A stretch of DNA of 64,000 nucleotides from positions 1,248,001-1,312,000 of the forward strand of contig JAWLHY010000001.1 in NCBI GenBank assembly GCA_041690135.1, read 5' to 3'. Both the position numbers and the translations under genes were made by a program. Under the pieces are notes generated by a model. It saw only the letters and a program-made list of their open reading frames with translations, had not been told where the DNA came from and did not search any database. Origin of the DNA: Armatimonadota bacterium (lineage in GTDB: Bacteria; Armatimonadota; SYMT01). Shown in pieces: positions 9,616 through 19,787 of this stretch; positions within the stretch are counted from its first letter, which is position 1; every line of letters starts with the position of its first letter.

Positions 9616-10479
9616 ATGCAACCGAGAACGGCGAAGAAACCGGTAAAGTGGGGTACGGTCCTCGATCCGGACCTGAAGGATGAAGTTGCCCTGAACTGCG
9701 AGCAGCGGGGAATGACGGTGGCCCGTTTCACGGAAGGGGCCCTCCGGCAGGCGCTGGGCGGAACGCTGCTGGATGAGTTCTCCAGCGACACCCCCATCGT
9801 GGTTTCCCAAACCCGCGACTCGCCGCGCCCGGGGGAGCTTTTCAGCATCGCGCTCCTTTCGGAACACTGGGGCACCTCGCGCCTGCGGGTCCTCCCGGGC
9901 AGCCAGCAGCTCTTCGAAACTGAAGGGGAGCCGATATCCGAGCTCCGCAGTTCGTTCATTTCGGTCGGCTCCCCCAAACTGAACCTGGTCACCCGCTGGT
10001 TGGACCACGTGGGTTTCGACTCCCGCCATTGGGCGGCCCGTTACCGTCTGGAGCACTGCGATTGCGAGGAGCGGGCCGAGGGAATGGACCAGGGCCAGGA
10101 AGCGAGCTGGCACCTGCGGACACGCGTTGACGAGGCACTCCACCGCCGGCCGTACACCGGGGAAAGTATCGCGGAGGCGTTCTGGGACGACTGGGGCATT
10201 ATCCGCCTTCAGGAGAACCCCCGCTCCCGCGATGCACGGGGTCGCGTGCTGGTCCTGGCGGGCCTCAGCTACATGGCCACCTCCACCTGTGTGATGATGG
10301 CCACCTCGCGCCGTTTCTCCGCGGAAATCCGTCGCCAGTTGGGAGTGAGCACCACGGAGCCCTTGCCGGAGTTCGAGGCGATCGTGCACTTCATCTACGT
10401 GCAAGGCGTTCCGCAACTCGTCGATCCGCTGCGAGGTTCCGTCCGTCGGATCACGCCCGAGGGGCCCGTGACGGATTAG
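9616..10479 (+). CDS. Putative regulator: ribbon-helix-helix-like N-terminus plus an alpha/beta C-terminal domain
   Basis: KWGTVLDPDLKDEVALNCEQRGMTVARFTEGALRQAL; C-terminal ISVGSPKLNLVT...ENP...VLVLAG. Confidence 0.65.
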   Translation: MQPRTAKKPVKWGTVLDPDLKDEVALNCEQRGMTVARFTEGALRQALGGTLLDEFSSDTPIVVSQTRDSPRPGELFSIALLSEHWGTSRLRVLPGSQQLFETEGEPISELRSSFISVGSPKLNLVTRWLDHVGFDSRHWAARYRLEHCDCEERAEGMDQGQEASWHLRTRVDEALHRRPYTGESIAEAFWDDWGIIRLQENPRSRDARGRVLVLAGLSYMATSTCVMMATSRRFSAEIRRQLGVSTTEPLPEFEAIVHFIYVQGVPQLVDPLRGSVRRITPEGPVTD

Positions 10480-10552
10480 GACGGGCCTTCGGCCGATGAG
10501 GATGAGGATAATGATTAGGATTGGGAGCGGACTGAACGCGCGGATGAGGATG
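10474..10552. repeat. GGCCTTCGGCC palindrome plus (GGATNA)n hexamer tract
   Basis: ggccttcggccgatgaggatgaggataatgattaggatt; related to 21591-21688. Confidence 0.6.
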
Positions 10553-10620
10553 CCGTGTGTTTTGGAGAACCGTTGAAGGTGATGGCGCCGAGCGGATTGG
10601 GAGCGCTGAAGAGGGGTTTC

Positions 10621-11757
10621 ATGAAACGACTTTGCCAGAGGGTAATTCTTACGAGCGTTCTGGTCCTGGCGGCCATCCCCGCGGGTTACGCGGCGCGGGA
10701 CAAGAAGGCCGCACCGCCGGCTACACTTGCCCCCTACTTCACGGCGCCGGCGGAATTCGCGCAGGATCTGGGTAACTATCGCTCCCCTCTCCGCTTCGAT
10801 GACGGGGCGCCGGTGCGCAATAAGCAGGACTGGGCTCGCCGGCGGGAGGAGATCCTGCGTTACTGGCACGGGCGGATGGGGCCCTGGCCGCCCGAGATCG
10901 TAAAGCCCAAAGTGGAAGTTCTGCAGGAGGAACGGCGCGAGAACTTCCTGCAGCAGCGGGTGCGGGTGCAGGTCGCCCCCGATCGCCACAACGAGGGCTA
11001 CCTGATGGTCCCGGAAGCGACCGGCAAGCGGAGAAGCCGGTTGCCGGCCGTGCTGGTGGTGTACTACGATCCGGAAGCCGGTGCGGGCCAGGGCAAGGAA
11101 CTGCGCGACTTCGGCTATCAACTGGCGAAGCGGGGCTTCGTGGCGCTCTCCATCGGCAGTCCCTACACCTCCAACTACCCGGCTAAGGATGGAGCGGTCC
11201 TCCAGCCGCTCTCCTATCTCGCTTATGTGGCGGCAAATTGCCGCAACGCCCTGGCGAACGACCCACGGGTCGATCCGCAGCGGATCGGCATCGTCGGCCA
11301 CTCCTACGGCGGCAAGTGGGCGATGTTCGCCTCCTGCCTGAATGAGAAGTTCGCCTGTGCCGCCTGGTCGGACGGCGGCATCGTCTTCGATGAAAGCCGC
11401 TCGAACGTGAACTACTGGGAGCCGTGGTACCTGGGCTTCGACCGGGCCGTCACCCGGAAGCCCGGCGTCATTACGCCGAAGAGCCCCCGCACCGGCCCCT
11501 ATAAGCAGATGATGGAGGACGGCCGGGATCTCCACGAACTGCACGCCCTCATGGCGCCTCGACCGTTCCTGGTCTCCGGCGGCTCGGAAGACCCGCCGAT
11601 GCGGTGGAAGGCGCTCAACCACACGGTGGCCGTCAACCGCTTACTGGGTTACGAGAACCGGGTTGCGATGACCAATCGGCCCGCCCACAGCCCGACTCCC
11701 GAATCGAACGAGCAGATCTACCAGTTCTTCCATTGGGCGCTGAAACACCCGCGTTGA
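10621..11757 (+). CDS. Secreted alpha/beta hydrolase (dienelactone hydrolase/esterase-like)
   Basis: Signal peptide; IGIVGHSYGGK nucleophile elbow; DLHELHALMAPRPFL. Confidence 0.88.
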   Translation: MKRLCQRVILTSVLVLAAIPAGYAARDKKAAPPATLAPYFTAPAEFAQDLGNYRSPLRFDDGAPVRNKQDWARRREEILRYWHGRMGPWPPEIVKPKVEVLQEERRENFLQQRVRVQVAPDRHNEGYLMVPEATGKRRSRLPAVLVVYYDPEAGAGQGKELRDFGYQLAKRGFVALSIGSPYTSNYPAKDGAVLQPLSYLAYVAANCRNALANDPRVDPQRIGIVGHSYGGKWAMFASCLNEKFACAAWSDGGIVFDESRSNVNYWEPWYLGFDRAVTRKPGVITPKSPRTGPYKQMMEDGRDLHELHALMAPRPFLVSGGSEDPPMRWKALNHTVAVNRLLGYENRVAMTNRPAHSPTPESNEQIYQFFHWALKHPR

Positions 11758-12009
11758 GCCCGTGTTCCGCGGCGACCGCCTGATTGGTACGGAGAAGTTA
11801 AGGTCAGGATAACGGAAGGGGTGAATCAGTGTTGCCGGTCGCCCACTCGTTAGGCTACGCTTAAGATGTCGGTGCGGCCTGAATGTGGATCCATTCGGAA
11901 CGCACCGCCTCCGGAAGCTGGCTTTATCCCCTGCGGCAGCCTTCCCGGACCGATGATGCTATCGGGTCGGCTGCCCGTTCGTTATTATCGCCCGCGGAAA
12001 GGAACACCC

Positions 12010-12792
12010 ATGTCGCACCTTCGACGGAGAGGGTTCACCCTGATTGAGCTTCTCGTGGTAATAGCTATTATCGCGATTCTGGCTGCTATCCTGTTCCCCG
12101 TGTTCGCCCAGGCCCGCGCCGCCGCCCGGCAGGCGGCGTGTCTCTCGAACCAGAAGCAGATCGGCAATGCCGTGATGCTCTACACCCAGGATTACGACGA
12201 GGTATTGCCCGGCAACACGCCCGGCCAGGCGGCATGCGGAAGCGGCGGAGGGGACGCCGCTACGAGCCTGGGCTTCATGCAGCCCCCGAACGGATCGGCG
12301 CAGCTCCGCAATATCGTTCCTAGAGACCTCCAGCCCTACTTGAAGAACGTTAAGGTCTTCCGCTGCCCGCAATCACGGCCGCGCACCGGATCTCCCACCT
12401 ACGCGGATACCGTTACCAGCCCTAACGGCGGCTCTTCTTCCTACCTGTTCAACGGAGTGGTGGGAATGCGCTCGCTCGCCGTCATTCCCGAACCGGCTAA
12501 CCTCATCTATTCTCGCGAAGAGGATTTCGCGAATCGCTATGCTTCTCAACGCCCCTATCTCCAGACGGCGAGTGGTCTCTACGTTGGCGCTAACTGGAGT
12601 ACCTACGACAAGGTTCACCAGGATGGGGCGAACCTGCTCTTCTGTGACGGCCACGCCAAGTGGATGAAGAAGAGTGCCATTCGTTTCTCACAGTTGGGTC
12701 TCAACCACCCGAATGGGCCGGAGCAACGGCTTTCTACCGACACGACCACGGCGGTCAACGAGGGGAATACTCCGTTGCCGGCCCTGTTTTGA
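12010..12792 (+). CDS. DUF1559 prepilin-type protein with H-X9-DG motif
   Basis: [31 protein letters not shown]; [15 protein letters not shown]. Confidence 0.95.
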   Translation: MSHLRRRGFTLIELLVVIAIIAILAAILFPVFAQARAAARQAACLSNQKQIGNAVMLYTQDYDEVLPGNTPGQAACGSGGGDAATSLGFMQPPNGSAQLRNIVPRDLQPYLKNVKVFRCPQSRPRTGSPTYADTVTSPNGGSSSYLFNGVVGMRSLAVIPEPANLIYSREEDFANRYASQRPYLQTASGLYVGANWSTYDKVHQDGANLLFCDGHAKWMKKSAIRFSQLGLNHPNGPEQRLSTDTTTAVNEGNTPLPALF

Positions 12793-12908
12793 TCCCCATG
12801 TGTGGTAGAGGCGGGAGGTAGCTGCGCAGATTGAACCGGATGCGATGGTTTCCGGCTGGATGCGTCGAACGGAGAAGTATGCGGTTCGACGTCCACCGGA
12901 GCCACTCT

Positions 12909-14894
12909 ATGAGACAGTACCGTCGTCTCGGTTTTGCCTTCGCTTCCGTCATCCTTCTGATCAGCAGTACTGCCGATGGCCTGGCCGGTAGTGCTGGAGA
13001 GGAGAGGGCCGCGCTCGAACGGGAGTTGACCGCTCTCGGCGCGGCCCTCGGGCACCTGCGCGAGAAAGCAGACCTTCCAGGGCGCGACCAGCTTCCCGAC
13101 GCGGAACTGTTCCACAAGGGTGCCGCGTGGGCTCTCACCTATGAACCGCGCCTCGCGGGGAAGGATCTCGACCTGGTCCGTCGTGCACTCTCCCGGGGAC
13201 GGGAGCGGGTGACGGCCCTGGAGGCGGGGAAGTTACCCTGGGCCTCGCGGAAAGGAAAGCTCGTCCGGGGATACCGTTCTGCAGTTGATGGCTCCGTGCA
13301 GCCGTACGCCCTGGTGGTTCCACGGAGCTACGATCCCCGCCGCCCCATCCGCCTGGACGTGGTGCTGCACGGAAGCACGCGCCCGGTCGGCCTCAGCGAG
13401 CTGCGGTTCCTGAACCCCTACGATGAAGGCGACGGTGCGGAGACTTCCGCTCCCGACGCGGAGTTCATCGAGCTGCGGCCGCTGGGGCGGGTCGAAAACT
13501 GCTACCGCTGGGCGGGCGAGACGGACGTGTTCGAGGCCATTGAGGACGTTTGCCGCGACTACAACATCGATCGGGACCGGATCGTACTGCGGGGAATGTC
13601 GATGGGGGCCTCGGGCACCTGGCACCTCGGCCTGAAGCATCCGGATCGCTTCGTCGCGCTCGGTCCTTACTGCGGCTACGTGGACACTTACCAGTTTTCC
13701 CGCACTCCCCTCCCCAACTTCGTCCCGGTCGAACCGCTTCCGGAGCCCCAGGAACGGATGCTCCATATGCTCGACTCGGTCGACTACGCCGCAAACGCCG
13801 GGCTCGTCCCGGCCATCGCGGCGATGGGTGAGAAGGATGTCTTCTTCCAGGCGCACGTGATCATGGAGGCGGCGATGCGGAAGGAGGGCCTTCGCATGGT
13901 CAACCTGATCTCTCCCGGTACCGGTCACGTGCAGGACCCGGTCACCTTCAGCGAGCAGATGCGGCAGATCGGTCGGTACGCTGGGCGCGGGGTGGACCGT
14001 AAGCCGGACCAGGTCCGTTTCGTCACCTGGACCCTGAAGTACCCGCGCGCCCACTGGGTGGAGTTGCTGGGCCTGGAAGCGCATTACCGCCGCGCCGAGA
14101 TCCGCGCGCGGAGGATGGACAACGGCGATGTCGTGGTCGAAGAGCTGAAGAACATCACCCGCTTCGCCCTCCACCGTCCGGCGGTAGGTGCCGAGGTGCG
14201 GATTGGCGAGCGCAAGGTCCGCATCCCGCCGGAAGCACGGCAGGCCGATGCCGTCGTTTTCGAGCGTTCCGGCCGTGGGTGGCGCTGCGCGGGAGACCGC
14301 CGAGCGGCCGAGATCCGTCGCAAGCGCCCTGGTTTACAGGGCCCGATCGACGATGCCTTCACCCGGCCCTTCCTATGCGTCCGCGGTACGGGCCAGCCGT
14401 GGAACCCGGCGGTGACGAAGTGGGCCGACGCCAACCTGGAGCGTTTCCGTTACGAATGGCACCGCTATTTCCGGGGAGAGCTGCCGGTGAAGGCCGACAC
14501 CGAAGTGACTCCGGCCGATCTGCGCGGCACCAACCTGGTTCTCTTCGGCGATCCCGGCAGCAATCGGTGGATCCGGCGGGCTCTTCCCCACCTTCCCCTG
14601 CGCTGGTCCCGAAAGGAGCTGCGGTTCGACGGAGCGACCTATCGCTCCGCGGATCACGCGCCGGTGCTCATCCAGCCGAATCCGCTTCCCGGCGGTCAGG
14701 GGAATTATCTGGTGCTGAATAGTGGACATACCTTCCACGAAACGGAGCTCGCTTCGTTAAACTATCTCCTGTTCCCGCGGCTGGGTGACTGGGCCGTTCT
14801 GCGGGTGGGAGGTAAGACCCCGGCTTCGCCTTCCGACCCGCTGGACGAGGAAGTCCTCCGCTCGGGCTTCTTCAACGAACGGTGGGGTTTATGA
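12909..14894 (+). CDS. Secreted serine hydrolase (prolyl oligopeptidase/esterase-like) with C-terminal alpha/beta domain
   Basis: Signal peptide; DGSVQPY, VVLHG, GMSMGA nucleophile and GTGH motifs. Confidence 0.8.
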   Translation: MRQYRRLGFAFASVILLISSTADGLAGSAGEERAALERELTALGAALGHLREKADLPGRDQLPDAELFHKGAAWALTYEPRLAGKDLDLVRRALSRGRERVTALEAGKLPWASRKGKLVRGYRSAVDGSVQPYALVVPRSYDPRRPIRLDVVLHGSTRPVGLSELRFLNPYDEGDGAETSAPDAEFIELRPLGRVENCYRWAGETDVFEAIEDVCRDYNIDRDRIVLRGMSMGASGTWHLGLKHPDRFVALGPYCGYVDTYQFSRTPLPNFVPVEPLPEPQERMLHMLDSVDYAANAGLVPAIAAMGEKDVFFQAHVIMEAAMRKEGLRMVNLISPGTGHVQDPVTFSEQMRQIGRYAGRGVDRKPDQVRFVTWTLKYPRAHWVELLGLEAHYRRAEIRARRMDNGDVVVEELKNITRFALHRPAVGAEVRIGERKVRIPPEARQADAVVFERSGRGWRCAGDRRAAEIRRKRPGLQGPIDDAFTRPFLCVRGTGQPWNPAVTKWADANLERFRYEWHRYFRGELPVKADTEVTPADLRGTNLVLFGDPGSNRWIRRALPHLPLRWSRKELRFDGATYRSADHAPVLIQPNPLPGGQGNYLVLNSGHTFHETELASLNYLLFPRLGDWAVLRVGGKTPASPSDPLDEEVLRSGFFNERWGL

Positions 14895-16717
14895 GTATCC
14901 TATTGAGCTGCCAGGAGTTGACGCATTCCTACAGCGATCGTCCGCTTTTCCGTGGCATCAGCTTCGGGATCTTCGAAGGGGAAAAGGCCGGCCTGCTAGG
15001 CCCCAACGGCTCCGGAAAATCGACCCTCCTCAAGCTGCTGGCCGGCGTGGATCGGCCGGACTCCGGCACGGTCGCGGTCCGGCGCGGGGTGCGTCTGGGC
15101 TATGTGCCGCAGAAAGAGGCGTTTCCGGCCGGGCAGAGTGTGGCCCAGGTGCTCGACGCCGCTCTGGTCCGGGAGCACCTGGACGAGCACGAACGGTTGG
15201 AGCGGGTCGAGACGATCCTGGCGGAGGTGGGCTTTCCGGAAGCGGACCAGGTGGCCGAGACCCTCTCCGGGGGCTGGCGGAAGCGGCTCGCGATCGCGCG
15301 CGAGCTGATCCGGCGACCCGACCTCCTGCTCCTGGATGAGCCCACGAACCACCTGGACCTGGAAGGGATCCTCTGGCTCGAGGAGTGTCTCAAGCAGGCG
15401 CCGTTCGCCTACCTGGTGGTGAGCCACGACCGCTACCTCCTGCAGAACGCGATGAACCGCGTTATCGAGCTGAGCCGCGCCTATGCGGAAGGGTTTCTGA
15501 GCGTCAACGGGCCGTACAACGTGTTCCTGGAGCGGCGGGAGGAGTATCTCCGCGCCCAGGCCGCCGAACAGGATGCCATCGCCACCCGTCTGCGCCGGGA
15601 GGTCGAGTGGCTGGGCCACACCGCCGCGGCGCGCAGCACCAAGGCCAGCTACCGCATCAAAGAAGCCGGCCGCATGATGGACGATCTCGCCGAGCTGCGC
15701 TTCCGGAACTCCCAGAACCGCGCGGCGGAAATCGACTTCACCGCGTCCAAACGCCAGACCCGCGACCTTCTCGTGGCGCAGCAAATCGAGAAGCGGATCG
15801 ACGGCCGGCCGTTGTTCCGTCGCCTGGACCTCATCCTCTCTCCCGGTGTGCGGCTGGGGCTGGTGGGCCCGAACGGCAGCGGAAAGACGACGCTGCTCAA
15901 GATCCTAGCCGGGGAGCAGGAACCCGATTCGGGGCGCCTCAAGCGGGCCGACGATCTTCGTATCGTCTACTTCGATCAGGAACGGGCGAAGCTCGACCGG
16001 AGCCTTTCGCTGCGGGAGGTGCTGGCCCCGGCCGGCGGTGATACGGTGAGCTACCGGGGCCACTCGATGCACATCGTCGCGTGGGCCAAGCGGTTCCTGT
16101 TTACGGCGGACGATCTCAACAAGTCCGTGAGTGTCCTCTCCGGCGGTGAGCAGGCCCGCGTCCTGATCGCGCGCCTGATGCTGGAACCGGCGGACCTGCT
16201 GATCCTGGACGAGCCGACCAACGACCTCGATATCCCGACCCTGGAGGTCCTGGAAGAGAGCCTCATCGACTTCCCCGGCGCGATGGTCCTGGTAACCCAC
16301 GACCGGGAGATGCTCGACCGCGTTTCCACGGAGATCCTGGGACTGGACGGGCAAGGTGGCGCCCTCTTCTTCTCGGACTTCTCCCAGTGGGAACGCACTC
16401 GCAACCAGTCCGCCCTGCGCGAACTCGCGCCGGAGAAGACCTCCCCTCCCCCACCCGCGACACCGGCCGCGCCGCGCCTCTCCATGGCGGAGCAGAAGGA
16501 GCTGAGCCGCATGGAGGAGAAGATCGAGGCTGCCGAAACCCGCGTGGCACAGTTGGAAGAGCGGATGCAGCTTCCGGAGGTCGCTTCCGATCACGTGAAG
16601 CTTCAGGAGTGTTGGGCGGAAGTTCAGGCCGCCCGCGAAAAAGTCACCGAACTCTACGCCCGCTGGGAAGATCTGGAAACCCGCCGCGCCGCCAGCCAGG
16701 CCGCCCGCTCGAGTTAG
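14891..16717 (+). CDS. ABC-F family ATPase (Uup-like)
   Basis: Two NBDs (GPNGSGKS/T, LSGG, DEPTN), C-terminal coiled coil, no TM segments. Confidence 0.93.
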   Translation: MSILLSCQELTHSYSDRPLFRGISFGIFEGEKAGLLGPNGSGKSTLLKLLAGVDRPDSGTVAVRRGVRLGYVPQKEAFPAGQSVAQVLDAALVREHLDEHERLERVETILAEVGFPEADQVAETLSGGWRKRLAIARELIRRPDLLLLDEPTNHLDLEGILWLEECLKQAPFAYLVVSHDRYLLQNAMNRVIELSRAYAEGFLSVNGPYNVFLERREEYLRAQAAEQDAIATRLRREVEWLGHTAAARSTKASYRIKEAGRMMDDLAELRFRNSQNRAAEIDFTASKRQTRDLLVAQQIEKRIDGRPLFRRLDLILSPGVRLGLVGPNGSGKTTLLKILAGEQEPDSGRLKRADDLRIVYFDQERAKLDRSLSLREVLAPAGGDTVSYRGHSMHIVAWAKRFLFTADDLNKSVSVLSGGEQARVLIARLMLEPADLLILDEPTNDLDIPTLEVLEESLIDFPGAMVLVTHDREMLDRVSTEILGLDGQGGALFFSDFSQWERTRNQSALRELAPEKTSPPPPATPAAPRLSMAEQKELSRMEEKIEAAETRVAQLEERMQLPEVASDHVKLQECWAEVQAAREKVTELYARWEDLETRRAASQAARSS

Positions 16718-17180
16718 AAGGGTCCAAGGAAAGCCCGAAGGCCCTGCCTCCTTTTTGACGCTCGACAACCAACCAGAGACGCGCGGCCATTCCGGTGAGC
16801 ATGACGGAGTCCCGCTGCCGGGTGCCCCTTGGGCGTGGGCCTTCGCGAGTATGGATCGGGAACCTGGGTGGGCGAACTCGTACGGGTCCAGGAGCGGCGA
16901 CCAGGAATGGAACCATGGGGTGCGTGGGAGAAACTGAGCAGTTTCAGGAACCAGGACCAGTGCGGTTGCCCGCCGCCCGCCACGGAATGGAATTCCCCAA
17001 CACCCACTCTGTGGGTACCCGGCACATGTGCGCGGCTACTGCAGAGTGAAACCCCTTTGGGGTTAACGCGGCACAAGACCGGTTCAAATCTGCGCAGTTA
17101 CTCCTGCACATCCACTAGACACCCGCAAACAGAGGGCAGCGCGGTTGTAAGCCTTCGGTCTCGCCCGCCTCAAACAGAAA

Positions 17181-17210
17181 GGGGAGCCGCCCAAACTTCG
17201 GCGGCTCCCC
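17181..17210 (-). terminator. Rho-independent terminator of the oxidoreductase gene
   Basis: ggggagccgcc/ggcggctcccc stem followed by TTTCTGTTT on the minus strand. Confidence 0.8.
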
Positions 17211-17255
17211 TGCTATCTCTTTCACTTGCCTTGTTACCGGAACTCCGGTTAAGGG

Positions 17256-18422
17256 CTAATCCACCTGCACCACGTCGGTCCAGGCGCCGTTGTCCTGGCT
17301 GCTGGCGACGGCGGACTCGATGAACGCCATGCCAGCGGCGCCGTCGACCACGTCGGGGTGCGGGAACGGGTCGGGCACCGTTTCGCCGTTGGCGCGCCGG
17401 ATCTGGAACTGCAGCGTCTTGTGCAGGTTGGCCAGCGCCTCGTGGAAGCCTTCCGGATGGCCGCTGGGCAGCCGCAGGTACGGCTTGATGCTGGCCGGGA
17501 AGTAGCCGTACTCGGCTCCCAGGCGGTAGGTCGCCACCGGTTCGCCCGGCTTGTAGAGACGGAGCGACATGTGGTCGGTCATCGACCACTCCAGGGTCCC
17601 CTTCTCGCCGATGACGCGGAAGCCGTTGTCGTTCTGCGAACCGATGGTGACCTGCGAGGCCGTAATCGTGGCGATGCCGCCGTTGTTCAGGCGGGCCAGC
17701 ACCGTGAAATCATCATCCAGGGCTCGGCCCTGAACAAAGGTCTTCAAGCGGGCGCTTACCTGCACGGCGCTGAGGCCAGCCACGAACCGCACGAACTCGT
17801 AGGCGTGCGTGCCGATGTCGCCGCCGCAGCCGGAAGCGCCGGACTTCTTCGGATCGACGCGCCACTGGGCCTGCTGGACGCCCGCGTCTTCCGTGCGGCT
17901 GGCGAGCCAGCCCTGGGGATACCACGCCTCCACCTTGCGTACTTCGCCGATTTCGCCGGCGCGGACCATTTCCTTCGCCAGCATCACCATGGGGAGCCCG
18001 GTGTAGGTGTAGGCCACGATGAACGGGAGACCCTTCTCCTTCGCCAGGCGGACAAGGTCTTGCGACTCTTCGAGGGTGATGGTGAGCGGTTTCTCACAGA
18101 GCACCGGGAAGCCGGCCTCCAGCGAAGCCTTCGCCACCGGATAGTGCGAGTCGTTCGGCGTAACGATCGTAACGTAGTCCATCCGCTGGTCCGCGGGAAG
18201 CGCGGCCTCTTCGCGGATCATGCTCTGGAAATCCGGGTAGCCCCGGGTGAAGAAAAGTTCGCGGGCCGAATCGAGAGAGCCCTGGGCACTGGAGCGAAGG
18301 GCGCCGGCGGTGAGTTCGGCCGAGTTATCCATCAGGATAGCGGTGCGATGCGGTCCGCCGAAGAAGTTGGCCGGACCACCGCCACCCACCATTCCCACAC
18401 GAAGCTTGCGACTTGCAGACAT
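17256..18422 (-). CDS. Gfo/Idh/MocA family oxidoreductase
   Basis: RVGMVGGG, VTPNDSH, LCEKPL and GDIGTH motifs. Confidence 0.93.
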   Translation of the reverse strand: MSASRKLRVGMVGGGGPANFFGGPHRTAILMDNSAELTAGALRSSAQGSLDSARELFFTRGYPDFQSMIREEAALPADQRMDYVTIVTPNDSHYPVAKASLEAGFPVLCEKPLTITLEESQDLVRLAKEKGLPFIVAYTYTGLPMVMLAKEMVRAGEIGEVRKVEAWYPQGWLASRTEDAGVQQAQWRVDPKKSGASGCGGDIGTHAYEFVRFVAGLSAVQVSARLKTFVQGRALDDDFTVLARLNNGGIATITASQVTIGSQNDNGFRVIGEKGTLEWSMTDHMSLRLYKPGEPVATYRLGAEYGYFPASIKPYLRLPSGHPEGFHEALANLHKTLQFQIRRANGETVPDPFPHPDVVDGAAGMAFIESAVASSQDNGAWTDVVQVD

Positions 18423-18710
18423 AGCTCTGTCTGATCCTCTGTGATCGAAGTTGCGGAGTGCGAGGGGTTCTTGCGGAGTGCGCGAGGCAACTCGCCGGGC
18501 GGACTCGGATGAACGAGCGCCGCCGAGCCGCGCGCTGCGCGCGGGGATGCCGCACTACCGGGCAGAGTGTTCAGCGCTCAAGCCCGCGCGTCCTCCTGAA
18601 AGGGCGTTGGCCCCCCCTGTGGGGGGTAAACGTTGGGCATTGGGCGTTCAGTCGGGTGGAAACCTGAACGCCCAACGCCTGAACGATGCTGTTGGCAAAG
18701 TCTCCAGGAT

Positions 18711-18904
18711 CGGCTGCAGTTGCACTGCAGCCGGCGGGTGCCGGGCACCCCCTGGGTGTGGGCGATCGTGCGCAGTTGCACTGCGCCGCTCCCGACCTCG
18801 TGCCCGCATTGGCGATTCGGGTGAGTTGCGACGACTGCGAGACCACGGGCTTCCGCAGTGCAACTGCGGGGCGAAGGGTTCCGCGGGCAGTGCAACTGCC
18901 CGCG
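18711..18904. repeat. Four hairpins sharing the core GCAGT-TGC-ACTGC (two forward, two inverted)
   Basis: Copies at 18711-18733, 18770-18786, 18853-18869 and 18882-18904. Confidence 0.85.
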
Positions 18905-18934
18905 ATAGAATTTCCCAACAGCATTCCGAAGGCC

Positions 18935-19777
18935 CTACGGTTCCCAGTCCAGACTGATGTCCAGCGCGGTCACCGAATGCGTCAGGGCGCCGACGCTGAT
19001 GAGGTCGACACCGGCTTCGGCGATGGCGCGGACGGTGCTCTCGTTTACCCCTCCGGAGGCTTCGGTGAGGGCACGGCCGCGGCAGAGGGTCACGGCCTGG
19101 CGGAGGGTGTTGAGATCCATATTGTCGAGCAGCAGCACCTCGGCGCCGGCTTCCAGCGCCTCCCGGACTTGCTCCAGGGTCTCGACCTCGACCTCGACCT
19201 TCAGCAGATGCTGCGCGCTGCGTCGGGCTCCTTCCACGGCGGCGCGGATGTTGCCGGCGGCCTGGATGTGATTGTCCTTGATCAGCACGCCGTCGTAGAG
19301 GCCGATGCGGTGGTTGTGACCGCCGCCGACCCGGACCGCATACTTGCAAAAGCTGCGGTAGCCGGGGAGCGTCTTGCGGGTATCCACGATGCGCGCTCCG
19401 GTCCCTTCCACCAGCGCGACGAAGCGCGCCGTGCGGGTAGCGATGCCGGATAGGAATTGAACCAGATTCAGCGCCACGCGCTCGCCGGTCAACAGCGCTT
19501 GCGATGGGCCTTCCACCCGCGCGACGTACATTCCGGGGCGCAGCAGGTCGCCATCGGCGGCGAGAAGCTCCACCTTCACCGCCGGGTTCAGTTGGGCGTA
19601 AACGGCCGTTACGAAGTCAATGCCGGCGAGGCGCCCCTCGGCTTTGGCCTGGAAACGGGCGCTGCCGGTGGCCGACGCCGGGACCGTCGAAAGCGTGGTG
19701 ATATCGCCCGGCCCCACGTCTTCGGCGAGGGCGAGGGCGACAAGACGGTCGATTTCAGTTGGGTTCAGGGTGTGCAC
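18935..19777 (-). CDS. nadC: Nicotinate-nucleotide diphosphorylase (quinolinate phosphoribosyltransferase)
   Basis: EDVGPGDITT, ERVALN, DTRKT, LIKDNH, LLDNM and EASGG motifs. Confidence 0.97.
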   Translation of the reverse strand: MHTLNPTEIDRLVALALAEDVGPGDITTLSTVPASATGSARFQAKAEGRLAGIDFVTAVYAQLNPAVKVELLAADGDLLRPGMYVARVEGPSQALLTGERVALNLVQFLSGIATRTARFVALVEGTGARIVDTRKTLPGYRSFCKYAVRVGGGHNHRIGLYDGVLIKDNHIQAAGNIRAAVEGARRSAQHLLKVEVEVETLEQVREALEAGAEVLLLDNMDLNTLRQAVTLCRGRALTEASGGVNESTVRAIAEAGVDLISVGALTHSVTALDISLDWEP

Positions 19778-19787
19778 AACAAACGGT

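Noticed and set aside
18711-18904. CRISPR array
   Set aside because: The core is only 13 bp, orientation flips, spacing is irregular and there are no cas genes.
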